From the NCBI RefSeq assembly GCF_024521635.1, contig NW_026250413.1, positions 310,001 to 374,000 of the forward strand: DNA of 64,000 nucleotides, given 5' to 3'. The translations under genes were made by a program, and so were the position numbers. Under the pieces are notes generated by a model, which saw nothing but the letters and a program-made list of their open reading frames with translations, ran no database searches and was not told the origin of the DNA. The DNA is from Tricharina praecox (taxonomy: Eukaryota). Every line of letters starts with the position of its first letter. The first letter of the stretch is position 1. Positions 36,601 through 49,000 of this stretch are shown piece by piece.

Positions 36601-38265
36601 TTCGCGCGAGGACGTGTGTAACTACCGTACTCTACCGTATGCTCGTCGAGTGACGGTCGAATGTGTCGGTACTCTACCTATGGCGGATACGGGGCGCTAA
36701 CAACTTGGTTGGTGGGTTTGTGGAGGGATATTTCGACGTTCGACGTTCGACGTTCGACATGCATAGGAGGTGGGTACCCAGGCAGAGTAGGTACTGACAC
36801 AGCGACACAGTTGAAACTTGACACAGTGACACATTCGACCAGTATACCGCCGCCACTGCCAGGGAAGCCGCTCTGCTCTAGGCAGCACCCACTCAGGTCG
36901 CCACGCATGCGCGCGCACTTTCCGAATCCCGATATCCGCGCGAACCACTACTAGGTATGATAGAGTAGGGTGCACTACCCCTTCGTCACGGGGCGGGGAA
37001 ATTGGCGATGGACACGGCCGGTGAATTGGAAACGAGTACCGTACCGTACGTTGGCTACCGGACCGCGAGAAGCGAGATCCTGGTGGTCGTCACTCGAGAT
37101 TCGCGGCCGCAATACCTACCTGTGTATGAGGTAGGTATGCACCACGTAAGTACCCACACGCCTGCGCGGCTATCGCGACTTGCTTCGGATGTTTGGACGG
37201 CATTCGGGAGCGCACAATTTCTTGGATGGATAGATGAATGGATCAAAACGTTTCCCCGCCGCTCGGGAGGATCACTACCTGAACCCGTGACGACTGTAGA
37301 GTACGACCGTTCTGCATAGCTTATCACTCGGGATAACCGCTTTTCTTGTTTGCGTGAGACCAATCGTGAGTCTCAGAGACAGTTGGGAGGAACCAGATGT
37401 GTACTACATCCATGATCTACTAAATTCGAATGCTAAGATGGTTAAACAAACAAAAATTAGATCGTGCGTTTAGTGTCTACATCGAAATTCTAATTGTAAA
37501 GGCAAACTTGAAAGCTTGGGTATGTCTTCACTTAAGTTTGAGGATGGTATGCATACACACCGCTGCTGGACCGTGAATCATGGCAACTTGGCAATCTGGA
37601 AGCGGAGTGGCCAGGGTGGAAATGTACACATCTAATCACCTGCGGGTATATTACAGCGCGGACAACCGGTGTCAGGAAAAACGCTTCAGTATGCGCAAGT
37701 ATCGATGGGATCTAGATGTTTCTTCTGGTTCGTTTCGTCGAGTCCTAGATGCATATCTTGATACGGTATCACGCATGTGACCCACGGTAAACGTGATGTT
37801 ATAAAGCTCCCCACAGTCTACAATCTGCTTACCGTCATGAACTGTGAATGCCCGCACACTCTGATGGTAGAACCCCCCCGAGCACTGGACACATGCGGGC
37901 TTAGGATCCCTGAGTCAATTAGGCTTTGGCTTTGGCTTAAGTTTTCAGGCGTAACCGTAAATTGTAATGAACACAGAGTTTGGAGAAAACCCCAACGAAA
38001 ATTTTCACAAGGTTTAAGTTCCAGTGTCTCTACACCTCTCATAGAACTCTGTCGAAACAACTCGACAGGAAGCTCAACTGAGTACATACCAGTTATAAAG
38101 CCCTTGGTTGGCCGCTCGCCTTTCCCTTCCCTCCATCTCTCGTACCATCTTCATCACCACCTGTCACTCGACACAAGCCATCCGCACCAATCTTTCGCTT
38201 GCACAACATTTCGTTCATAACACCGTTTCCACACGTCACGTTTCTCCCACGTAAGCTCTCTCACA

Positions 38266-39125
38266 ATGGGTATTCCGTATTACGTTGTCCCTACCAGTTC
38301 TCCCGCGCAGCAGCAGGCTGTCGTTGAACCCAAGCCCGAGCCCGTCAAGCTGCAGAACGTGAGTCTCACTCCTCCCCCGATGTTCGAGATGAGTAACTCG
38401 ATGGTGGGGATACAGACCATTCCCGGCAACATGTCGACCGAAGAGGTTGCCGAGATCTTCGGACTCAAACTGACCGACGAGCGCCGACCATTTTCTTGGA
38501 GGTGGCGCCAGCCCGCCGAGGAAGTTCACCTTGATCCGGTCGGCCTGGGTATGCACATTCAACACTCCCTTCGCTACTCCCCCCTGATAGCCGACACTGA
38601 TATGCATCTGCAGAGTCCTGGGCGCACCTGAACGAGCTGCTCGCGTCCGCGGAGCGCGAGTACCGCACGCCCGGCATGATTACCGCCTGCGTCGACGCCT
38701 ACACGGTGACGCCCTCGGACACCCGGGTGACGCACGTGGAGGGGAAGAGTTTCTCTGCGGAGGTGCAAGGCCAGCGGGAGAACACGGTGATCCGGTTCGA
38801 CTGCACGTTCGACCACATGATCACCACTGCCAACGAGGATCTGATCATTGGCGTCGAGGCCGAGGCCGACGCCGACCTCAGTGACGCCCTCATACAGCTG
38901 CTCACGAACCTGGTGGCTGTTCGCGATAATCGCGGTCAGAAATTTGCCCATGGATTCGTCTCCGACGGCGAGAGGTACGCCTTCATGAGTATCGCCGCGG
39001 ATGGTACCGTGCACTGCTCCAACGTCTACGATATCGCCCAGTGCCCCCCGCATGTAGGCATCGTCTACAATTGGATGATCGATATCATTCAGTGGAACGA
39101 CATACGGGCTGCTCACGGGTACTAA
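38266..39125 (+). CDS. Hypothetical protein with a PD-(D/E)xK restriction-endonuclease-like C-terminal domain; intron 38549-38613
   Basis: A GTATGC..CTGAT..CAG intron joins ORFs 38266 and 38676 in frame. Pattern FDH...IIGVEAE...LIQLL...HGFVSDGERYAFM resembles fungal D...VEAK...QL...YG..TDG..W.F domains. TATAAA near 38094. Confidence 0.7.
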
Positions 39126-40034
39126 AGGATGGAGGTAACCCACTAATTTCAAAGGAGGAGGAGGAAGATCGGGGGAGGGGAAGGGTTTGACATGTTTGGG
39201 TTTTATGTTATTTCATGTAAGTCGCACACGAGCCACTCTTCCGATCCGGCCACTCTGACCTTTCGCCTCGGACAGGTACTATCTATTCTACACCCAGCTA
39301 CTCGATCAATCCCACCACAAATATCACCTCCGAGATCCCGAGCCGACGGGAACGATACTGATTTCCGCACCACTAGCGGGCCAGTTTCCCAGTAAGCCTC
39401 GGGCGGAGTGAAGAGTTGGGATGAGGGTGGAGAGTGTTCTGTTATGTGTATCTGTCCTGGTGACTACTATAGTATTTACACATGTAGTGGGAAGAAAATG
39501 AAGCATGAAATGTTAGGACACGAGTCCGTCTATTACTGTATCGTGCCATTGTTTTACCGTGCTACTGTGCCATCGTGCTACCGCCAGGTCCAGTTCCGCT
39601 CGTGTGAACACGGTGGATGATCACGCGTGATCACTCGCAAGGCTGCAAATCTCGGACGGAAGTGAACGAAACGGCGGCGGAGGAGGATGGAAGCCGCTGC
39701 GGGAGTGTGTAGAGCACTACCATGGATGGCTATACTGTGCGAGTGCTCCTCGTGCTCCTCATGTACCGAGCGGGCGGACGGGCGGGCGGCGGCGGCGCTG
39801 CCCGCATGCCGACTGCCCGCCGGATCCCCGCCGTCCGCTGCTACACCCCTTTATACCTCTACACGGCTCTACACACCTCTAAGTATCTCGTACGGCCAGC
39901 CAGTCAACCAGCCAACCAGCCAACCAGCCCACATTCACACCACGCACACCACGCGCACCCTCGTCGCCCGACCCGCAGGGTTATTCACCAGAGGATCGGC
40001 CTAGAGATGCACGTACGTACGGTACATATGGTGT

Positions 40035-40207
40035 GTACGGTGTGTATGTACGGTGTGTATGTACGGTGTGTATGTACGGTGTGTATGTACGGTGTGTATG
40101 TACGGTGTGTATGTACGGTGTGTATGTACGGTGTGTATGTACGGTGTGTATGTACGGTGTGTATGTACGGTGTGTATGTACGGTGTGTATGTACGGTGTG
40201 TATGTAC
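40035..40207. repeat. 13-bp minisatellite (GTACGGTGTGTAT)n, about 13 copies
   Basis: Read directly; gives the 13-aa periodic ORFs in the track. Confidence 0.95.
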
Positions 40208-40540
40208 GTACCTAATGTATGTATTTATGTGTGTATGTACCCCACACTCCGCATCCTCAGTTGATACACACTCTACATATCGCCAGGGTAGCACCACTGC
40301 ACCGTGTGCAGCAAGGGTAGCAGCGGCCCGTTGATCTCCGCGCTGGTGGTTTCTCGGTAGCTCTCTCGGTACCCTCGATTGAGCTGTCGGTGAGCTGTCG
40401 GTGAGCGGCGGCGCGGGGGGATCGCGATTGAGTCTTTGAGGTATATATGCCCCGCGCCTTCACGCTTTTACGGCAGTTACTCGACAGTACTCAATCCATG
40501 CACGAGAGGTAGGGGGAGGGGGAGGGAAACGAAAGCGAAC

Positions 40541-40604
40541 GATTGACCGATTGACCGATTGACCGATTGACCGATTGACCGATTGACCGATTGACCGATT
40601 GACC
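40541..40604. repeat. 8-bp tandem repeat (GATTGACC)x8
   Basis: Read directly from the sequence. Confidence 0.95.
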
Positions 40605-41756
40605 TAGGTACATACCAGCAGCAGAGCGGAAACTACTCAGAAGGGGTACGAGTATGTGGGTATGCATTAACCTCCGTCCGTGCCTGGAATGGCAATGGCA
40701 ATGACAATGCAGTGGTTCAATGATGCAGTGATGCAGTGAGACTTGAGTTGTGGGGAGCAAGAGAGGCGGGCTTGGTTCATCGGTGAGCACCAGAGACTCG
40801 GAAACCAGGAGACTCGAGAGAGGAGGCCTTTGTTGTTGAGACCTTGCTAAGACCTGGTGGGACCTATGTGTTAGGAAGGTGGGACCTGGTGGGACCCGAC
40901 GGCCAATGCAGACCCAATGCGGTCCGTTAAACGTTGAATCGTTTCTGCTGTCACTATTTCTGTTCTTCCTGCTCGTCTTGCTTTTCTTCTCATCATCATC
41001 ACCACAGACCTCTTTTTCAACTGATCACGTTTTGTTCCTCACCCATTTTTGCGTCTCTCACTACCTACGAGTCTTCGAGTCTCTGTACGAGTCTGTATAC
41101 GAGCACCCCACGGCCCACTGCCCCATTGCACACGGGATGCTGCATCGTGCAGCTCAGCAATGGTTGGCAGTTGGGAGTGGAGTAATTGGAGTAATACACA
41201 ACTATGGCGGATAGGAATTCGAATGCACGACTCACGACTCACGATATCTCCACACCCACCTGCTCACCCGCATGCCCACGCACCCACGCACCCACGCACA
41301 CCTTAATACCCCGCAATTGATCTCGCAGCAGCGCCGGCAGCAGCAGGAGCAGCAGCAACGATCGACTGTCCCCATCGAGCAGTCCGGCCAAGCACGTTTG
41401 TCGTACGTCGCACCTGGACAGTGGGAATTCCCCTCCATCCCGTCCCCTCCGTCCCGTCCTGTCCTCGATATGTGAACCACGTGCCTGGGATGTGTGCTAG
41501 ATGTGTTGGGTATGTACGGGTTCAGTTCATTTCCGTTTGAATGATTTTTTAACGTTTCCAATTCAATGCTGTCTCACACTGGAGGAACTCTGGGGGGGCA
41601 TCGCGGCAAAAGCGAAGGTTAATTATAGTACAGTGCATGGCGTGCGCAGCTCACGATAGTTGCCATCAACGAGGAGAAGAATGATCGCAGTGAGTGCCGG
41701 CCAGTGCTGTGGAAAAGTGCACACCCATCCTGCTCCCCGTTGGCCCCCGCTCGCGG

Positions 41757-41787
<31 letters not shown>

Positions 41788-43977
41788 ACATCATGTGCTC
41801 TTTTACCTCCCTCCCTTCCTTCAACTTGCTTCCTGCCTACCTGCTTGCTTGCCTGCCCACTCGCCTGCCTGGATGACACGACGAGCTTCAGGTTTCCACT
41901 GCACCAGTGCACCACCGCCACCACCAGCAGCCAGCCATCCAGCACCCTCCCCTCCGCTCCATCCAACATCCCGATTCGAAATCCCCGACAAACCGGTAAA
42001 GCGGGAGCGAGTACCGCAAGCGCAAGTGCACGTGGACGTGTCGAGTACTCCAGAGTATGCGTCGTACATGGTTACCACATACATACCGGTATGTAGGTAT
42101 CGTCGGATCGACTTCGTCCGCAGCAGCGTCCCACGCGCCCCCCCAATGCCCGCCCCCAAACCCCAAACGCAATTAACGTCGGGCAGTGTACACTGGACTG
42201 GGAGCGGGCTACGATTTCTCATCATCGTCGTCGCCGGAACATCCACATCCAGACTTCCGAGCCCCCCGTCCCGCTGCCCCCATACCGACGCGTCTCGTGC
42301 ATCCCCACAAAAGGTATGTATGCGGTGCCCAGAGTGGAGTGGGGTGAATGACTACCGGTGCAGCTTCGTCCCCGGTACAGTACAGTGCAGCATACGTCCG
42401 TAGGTATGTCCTCTCCCTTTGCCACCGGACTCCGGAATGGACGCGGACGCTGTCTGTCTGTCTGTCTTGGCGGGAATCCACGTCACTTGGGCGTCGTGGT
42501 TACGTCCCTGGGGCCTGGGGGGTCTGGGGGGCCTGCGCGCGTCGTCCTCCGCCGGCTCCGTGGCCAATCGAAGCGTGCAAACCTTATTCCTTTCCACCCC
42601 TTCCCTCCTGTGTACCCCTTCCACCCCACCACCACCACCCCTAGCGGCGGCAAAAATCCCGAACATGCAAGAGCAGGCTCGAAACCCGACGCTATGTCAC
42701 CGCGAGAGAGAGAGAGGGAGAGAGAGAGGGAGAGAGAGACGAGACCCACAATTCCAGCACACCACATCTCTCGCGAGCTTGTTGATGCTCTGCTCTGCTC
42801 TGGCCTGTCCCCGTGCCCCATTATTCCAGCAGCCGGTGAGCCCGAAGGGGCAGAAAGACGCCAGAGCCCAGCGGATTGCACTACCAGCCAGCCACGGACC
42901 GCGGACCACGGTACCACCACCACCGCCCTCTTCCCCGTCCCCCACACACACACACTCGGCCAGTCCCTGCATCACATCACCCGCCTCCAGAACGGCATCG
43001 TAAACTCGTGAAATTAAGGAGAAGAAGGAGAAGGACCGTTTCTCTCCTCCCGGACTTCGCGTCCTTCATGTCGTTGAGAAGGGGGGCGCTTTGCACTGTG
43101 TCAACCACTTCAACAACCACTTCCACATCCTCAACCACTTCCACAAGTAACCACAACCATGTAACCATCCAATACCGCCATTTCAATTCGGTAGGTAGGT
43201 AGCTGTCTTCCCCCATCAGCCGCGTACACGCCGCAGTACAGCGAAGAAACACACAAGACGCTTTGTAACAAAGCAAACAACTGCGTATAAGGAACAGGCG
43301 TCCGGTACCCACCGCACCCATCCATCCACTCAGCCCATACCTGCCAATTCCCGGCAGAGATCCTTTCGCCTGCCATCTTCATGACAAAAAGAAAAGAAAA
43401 AATAATGAATCCCCACACAGAACAAGAAAAGGTAAATAAACCATTCTCAGCTTTTTCCGTGGTTAATCCCCCTTCCCTTCCAAAAGGCAAAAGGTAAAAA
43501 AAAAACCATCAAAACGAAGTAAAATGTAAAAAAAAGTAAGAAGAAAAGAAGAAAAAAAGCAAACCCACTCAAAACTCCATCCCGCAGACAAAAAAGACTA
43601 GAAAAGAAAATATTGCCTCCCCCGGGCAGACCGTCAGAGACTCAGAGGGGGGGGCTTGCAAGAGTACGCAAAAAGACGCAATCCAATCTCAAGGAATGGA
43701 AAAGAAAGGAAAAAAACTCAAGTTATTAACTTTTTTCGGTGTTTGATGATCCGCTGTATCCTCCATCCCCCACCCGCTCTTTTCATCCTACCTCCCCCTC
43801 CCCCTCCCCCTCCCCTTCTCCCCCAAATGCAATAGTAAAATCCCGTAGTAAGAAGTCCCATGATATAGTACCGTCGTTAAGAAATGTCCATCCGTCGTGA
43901 GTGTGTGTATGTGTCCTGGCAGTGATTGCAGTGATTGAAAGAAGGCTATCGGCTTAACCTTCCCATTGGTCGGCTAG

Positions 43978-45169
43978 TCATGCAGCAAACTCCAGGCCTT
44001 GTTCGAGCTCCTCAGCGGGCGTGACGAGCCCACTGACCCCCTCAGCCCATGTTGCCCCGTTCTGCTTTTCCTCCAGCGGCCACGTTTCCCTGGCATACTC
44101 CTCCAATCCCCGCCAGCCGGGCCAGAGACGACGCGCTGTATTCGGGCACTCCATCTCCGGTCTAAAGTATTCTCCTTTGTTCTCGCACAGGGTGTGCACA
44201 ATGCTCTCCAGTTGGTCCCGGTAGCCATCCGGAATGGGAATCTTAATCTCACACGGGGCATTCACGTAGCGGACCGGTCGTTGGAGGCCTCGCGAAAAGT
44301 GTTCGCAGGCTTCTGGCGGCGTCAGGACTTCGAACGCAAGGGCAATCCTAGTTTTCCCACATCTCAATTAGCTTCCGCGTTCAAGGACAGAATAGAGGGG
44401 GCAAGAAATGAGAAAATGAGAAAATGAGAAAAATAAGAAGAAAAACTAACCGCTTTCCATTCCACTTCCGCGGGCCATCCTTTAGAATCTGAATTATCGC
44501 GGCCCCAAGATCGTGTTCCGTGTCGATGAAGGGGATCCCAACGTCGGCCGGGAACGGCGTCCTCCACTCAAAGCTCCCATCCGGAATCGGCGTAAGTTGC
44601 CACAGCGGGTAGGGACGCGACGAAAAGTTATTGTGGTAGCAGCCCACATACGGGAAAGCGGCCGGGATGCCCAACTCGCGAATATATTCCTCGACCTCAA
44701 ACTTAGTCGACCACAGGGGCAGGGCGGGCAGGGCGCGGTCCTTGTGCTTCGAGTGGTCCGTCAATCCCGAGTAGACGAAGAAGGCAACGCCGGCCTTCTT
44801 CGCCGCATCCGCAAGGCTCTTGCCCGTCTGCACCTCATCGGTCCATCCGTACGGCGTGGTGTTGATGAAGGCCAGGTCCGCGCCCTCAAACAGCGTGCCC
44901 ACGAACGCGGGGTCCTCCAGGGATCCTTCCACCAGCTCCACGTCCTTCAGCGACGAGAGCTCCGCCGAGAGCTGGGCGTTCTTCTTGATGCTGCGTAGCT
45001 GGCCGCGTACGCGGTAGCCGACGGCGGAGGCCACCCGGATCACCGACGAGGCTTGCCGGCCCGACGAGTTGACGACCACCAGGAGCTTCCGCTGCGATTG
45101 CGAGTTTACGGGAGAGAGGTTTGGCCGCGAGTACGAGCTGGACAACATGTCGTCCTCCGTGGACGACAT
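43978..45169 (-). CDS. nmrA: Nitrogen metabolite repression regulator NmrA/NMR-1; intron 44348-44450
   Basis: VVNSSGRQASSVIRVASAVGY (NmrA-type VNATGRQAAS in place of GxxGxxG), LFEGADLAFINTT, EHDLGAAIIQILKDGPRKWNGKRIALAFE, EIKIPIPDGY, WRGLEEYARETWPLEE. Confidence 0.93.
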
Positions 45170-46010
45170 CTCGGACGGCGGTGGGGTATGTATGTACGGA
45201 ATTTTCTGCGCGACACCGACGACTCCCAGTTAGCATCCAGCAACCACATGAACATGAACCGTAGCGAAGACGCAATGCGAGCTGAGCTGGATAGCCATAT
45301 CCACAACCGGGGGAGAAGTTGGCGGAGGGGTGAGGTGGGGGGGAGGAAACGGGAGGATGGGCAGCAGAAGAAGTAGTGAACAGGGTATATACGACGGTTG
45401 CCGCGTTGACGCGGTTGTAACGTTGAGGTGAAGGGTATTGTGATATTGAGGGGTGGTGGTGGTGGTGATTGATAGCGACAAGGTCAACAACGGCGAGTGA
45501 CGTAGGACCAAAAGAGTCTCTCTTTTTTTTTATCTTTCTTTCTTTCTTCTCGAGGATGAAGCAGAGCAGGCAGACAGATAGGCAGGCAGATAGCAGGCAG
45601 ACAGGCAAGCAGGCAGAGAAGACGCAGACAGGCAAGCAGGCAGAGAAGACGCAGACAATGCAGGCAGAGGGTATGTCGGCAGGTGCAAAGTACAGGAGGA
45701 ATAGAGGAAGCAGATGAGGGAAGTTACGCAGATATAATAGAGCGGGCTGATAGAGAGATAGCAGGGCAGCACAGCATGTACCGGCAATCAATCAATCAAT
45801 GGGGGAGAGAGAAGGGGGAGGGGGGGTTCTGATAAAGAACGTGCGCGCGTGTGTAGAGAGACAGGGATGCGGAGGGATGGGGATGGGGATGGGTGAGCAT
45901 GTGTTTCAGTAGAGCAGACGGTAGCAGACAGCAGCAGACAGCGACAGCGACAGCAGCAGGCCGTGCTATCGAGCGGATCTTCGCTCGTGGCCAATAGGTC
46001 GGTAGCCAAA

Positions 46011-46073
46011 TCCACGCGGAGGGGCCTAACGAAACCAACTCCACGCGGAGGGGCCTAACGAAACCAACTCCAC
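46011..46073. repeat. Exact 29-bp tandem duplication TCCACGCGGAGGGGCCTAACGAAACCAAC upstream of nmrA
   Basis: Read directly from the sequence. Confidence 0.9.
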
Positions 46074-49000
46074 CGCCGCCGTCGCCGTGGGGCCATGGGC
46101 CATCGTCAGCCTCTCGAGCCCCACCGCCAGCCGGGACTCTGGGTCATGACACACTATTCCTGCGGGTTCGGCGGACAGCGGCGAGCAAGCGATGCCAAAC
46201 AGGGCCGCTGGTATCCCGGCTAGCAGCCAGAGGCAGGAGGACATGGCCAAGCGCGCAAGGTCGGGGGGAGGGATGGGGATTGGGGCATAGGTGATGAGAT
46301 GGCGGGCAGTGATGTGTATGTGGAGGCAATGATTTGTAGCAGGCAGTGATATGTAGCAGGCAATGACATGTAGAAGGCAGTGGCAGTAGCAGTAGCAGGT
46401 ACGCAGACAAACTCAAAATCCAGATTTCTCCGGAGCCACCACCACGGGTTTCTCCATGACAGCACCGGTACTGGTACTGGACTGGTACTGCTCGGTGGCT
46501 TTGGCCGAGCACCTGGCCTGACGGAGCACTACATACTAGCAGATAAGTACTTCTATAGTACGTACATGGCAGTATGTACCTGAGTCTAGCGGAAGAGCCA
46601 TGGCCACAGTCCGGGGGATCAGCGGCGGAACCGCCGAATGCACCTCCTCCAGGAGGGGTCGTTGGCGAGAGAGGAAGAAGCTCGCGAGACGGGGGGAACA
46701 GAGTGCGTGCAGTGCAGAGAGTACGTACACGAGTAGAGTACATACGATGGCCGCTTCAGGGCACATCTTCCCCTCCACAGCCGGGAATCCGCCGGCAAAA
46801 CTGCAACGCTCGCGGTCCGCGCTCGGAGAAACACGAGAGTGGGGAGAGGAAGATGAGGGGGATGGGGAGAGGCAGCGAAACCGAAAGGAAAAAATAAAAA
46901 AACAAAACAAAAACAAAACAAAAAACCAACATGAGGCAAAAGCCGTTCAGATAAGAAGGAAGCGAGGCTAACTATGCCCCGCTCGGAAACTGGGTGATAA
47001 GGCGTGATACGGGTAGATTTGGACGTTGCATGAAGAGGAGAGGCGTCAAGCCTCGCTTCTCCCCGGGTGGTGGTGGTGGGTGACAAATGTCTGGCTGGCT
47101 GGTTGGCTGGCCTGCTTCTTGCTTCCTGACCTCCTCACACCGCCAGGAACGGGACGTGCAACCCCGATGAAACAACGCAAAGCAAAGCGGAACGAAACAG
47201 AAAGGCAAGAAGATTCGCACGAGCAAGACGGGGGCCAATCGAGTAGGTACCTGGACTTCGATATCCTTCCAATTGGACGACGACAGCGGCGGCGGCGGCG
47301 ACGGCGATAAGCGGGAAGGGAGATCCAGATGATTCGGGATGAAGGGAGGCAGAGGAGCGAGGGGAAAAGCAAAAAACGGAAGAAAAAAAACAAAAACCGA
47401 TAACGGATGTTGAACAAAACAAAAGAAAGGGACCCAAACAAATGCAACGAGTCGAGCGGAGCGATCTCGATGGATGGATGGATGGGCTGGATGGATGGAT
47501 GGACGGATGGATGACGAAGATGAGGAGGCCCTGGCACCACGGTATGTACAAACAAACACCGCATCACCCAGCCCCTCACACACCAACCCACAAACCAACC
47601 CGCCCACCTCAGCATCACACCGCAACCACGCGACCTCTGGCCATGGCCATCAGGGATCCGATCAAGCGGCTGCTGCCCCTCCTCCCTGACTTCTAAGCCG
47701 TGGGGCCCGGGGGTGGCTGTTTTCAAGGCCAAATGCGAAATGCGGGGTGAGATATGGAGAAATGAAGGGGTAAAAAAAGAGAAAAGAAGAAGAAAAAAAA
47801 GCTGGAGGTGCAGATAGTGGTTTGGGTGGTGCCTTACTTTAGCCCAATAAGTTTCTCCCAATCGAGGTTGGGTTCGATAAGAACCTCTCTCTCTCTGCTG
47901 CAACGACGAAGAAAGATGCAGGTGAAAACGAAGGTATGTACGGTATGCAGCAACTACCTACACTGCCTGGCCTGGCACGGAGCCCGCTTCTCTGGGTGCA
48001 CCGGATGATGATGATGCGTGGCGTCTTTCCTTCTTCTTCTCCTTCTTCTTCTACTTCTTCTTCTGCTTCTTCTCGATCCGCCGAATGTCTCAGCTGGAGT
48101 GCAATCGCCGACGGGAGGCGGCCGGCCGGTCGGTCAGTCGGGGGGCCGACAACGGAAAGCGCGGGGCCAGGAGAGCAGGTACAAGCAGGACGCGGAAAAG
48201 CTGGCGAAGAAGGAACGTTGAGGCGGAGATCAAAAGCGAGATAGGCGGATGGATACTTACCGGTAGGGATAGGTAGGTTGGTAGGTCGGTGAGGTAGGTG
48301 AGGTGCAAAGGGGGGGGGGAAGGAGATAAAGGCCTAAGCGGAGAACTCACCCACGCCGAAAGAAAGCTCGAAGCTAATGGAAACTTCCCCGGACGATTGT
48401 GTAGTTCTTCCTCTTTCAGTTGGACTGTTGGAGCATGCAAGGCGCTCTCAATCGACGCCCTTTACCAGTTGCTTGGTTAGTAGGGGAATTCTCTACATGG
48501 AGCAGGTGGAGTAGGTAGATGCTCCAGTACCGTACCCCGGATAGAGCCCAAAGTTCCAATCGAAGAGACGAGCCTGCGTATACCTAGTACACAGAGGATG
48601 TATAGGTAGCGCACCAATCAAACCGTGCGATAGATAGGTAACAACCGAGAAAGCGTGTCCAAATCCGCTACATAAGATGACGTGCTCGGAGTGAGAGAGG
48701 TAGCTATCGATCGAAAATAGGTATCGTGGGTGACGAATGGGCTGGCCGGCTCAGCTGAGAGAGACGTCAGCTCTCAAAAAGAAGGACGGAAGGAAGAAGC
48801 AGTGCGAGTGACCAGCGGATTGAGTGGTAAGGTATGTACGGGGAATCGGTTGGTGGGGTGAGTGCACGTGTGTGATCAGAAGAGCTGATACGATCGAATG
48901 ATACTTCCCTCCACGGTTGTGGTTTAGGCGGGAATCGCGAGGGAGCGGTGGACTTTCTATGTCTCTACATACGATACCGGTATGTTCTGTCTGGCCTCAT

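Noticed and set aside
40035-40207. 13-bp repeat as a telomere-like or Rap1-site array
   Set aside because: Only loosely similar to yeast telomeric repeats; filamentous ascomycetes typically use TTAGGG-type repeats; internal position. The periodic ORFs are artefacts.
41600-43900. Overlapping ORFs of 100-250 aa downstream of nmrA
   Set aside because: Low-complexity, microsatellite-rich sequence with no motifs; more consistent with 3' UTR and intergenic DNA.
45680-45692. MeaB-type TTGCACCAT site upstream of nmrA
   Set aside because: Only the partial match TTGCACCT is present on the minus strand; too weak to call.
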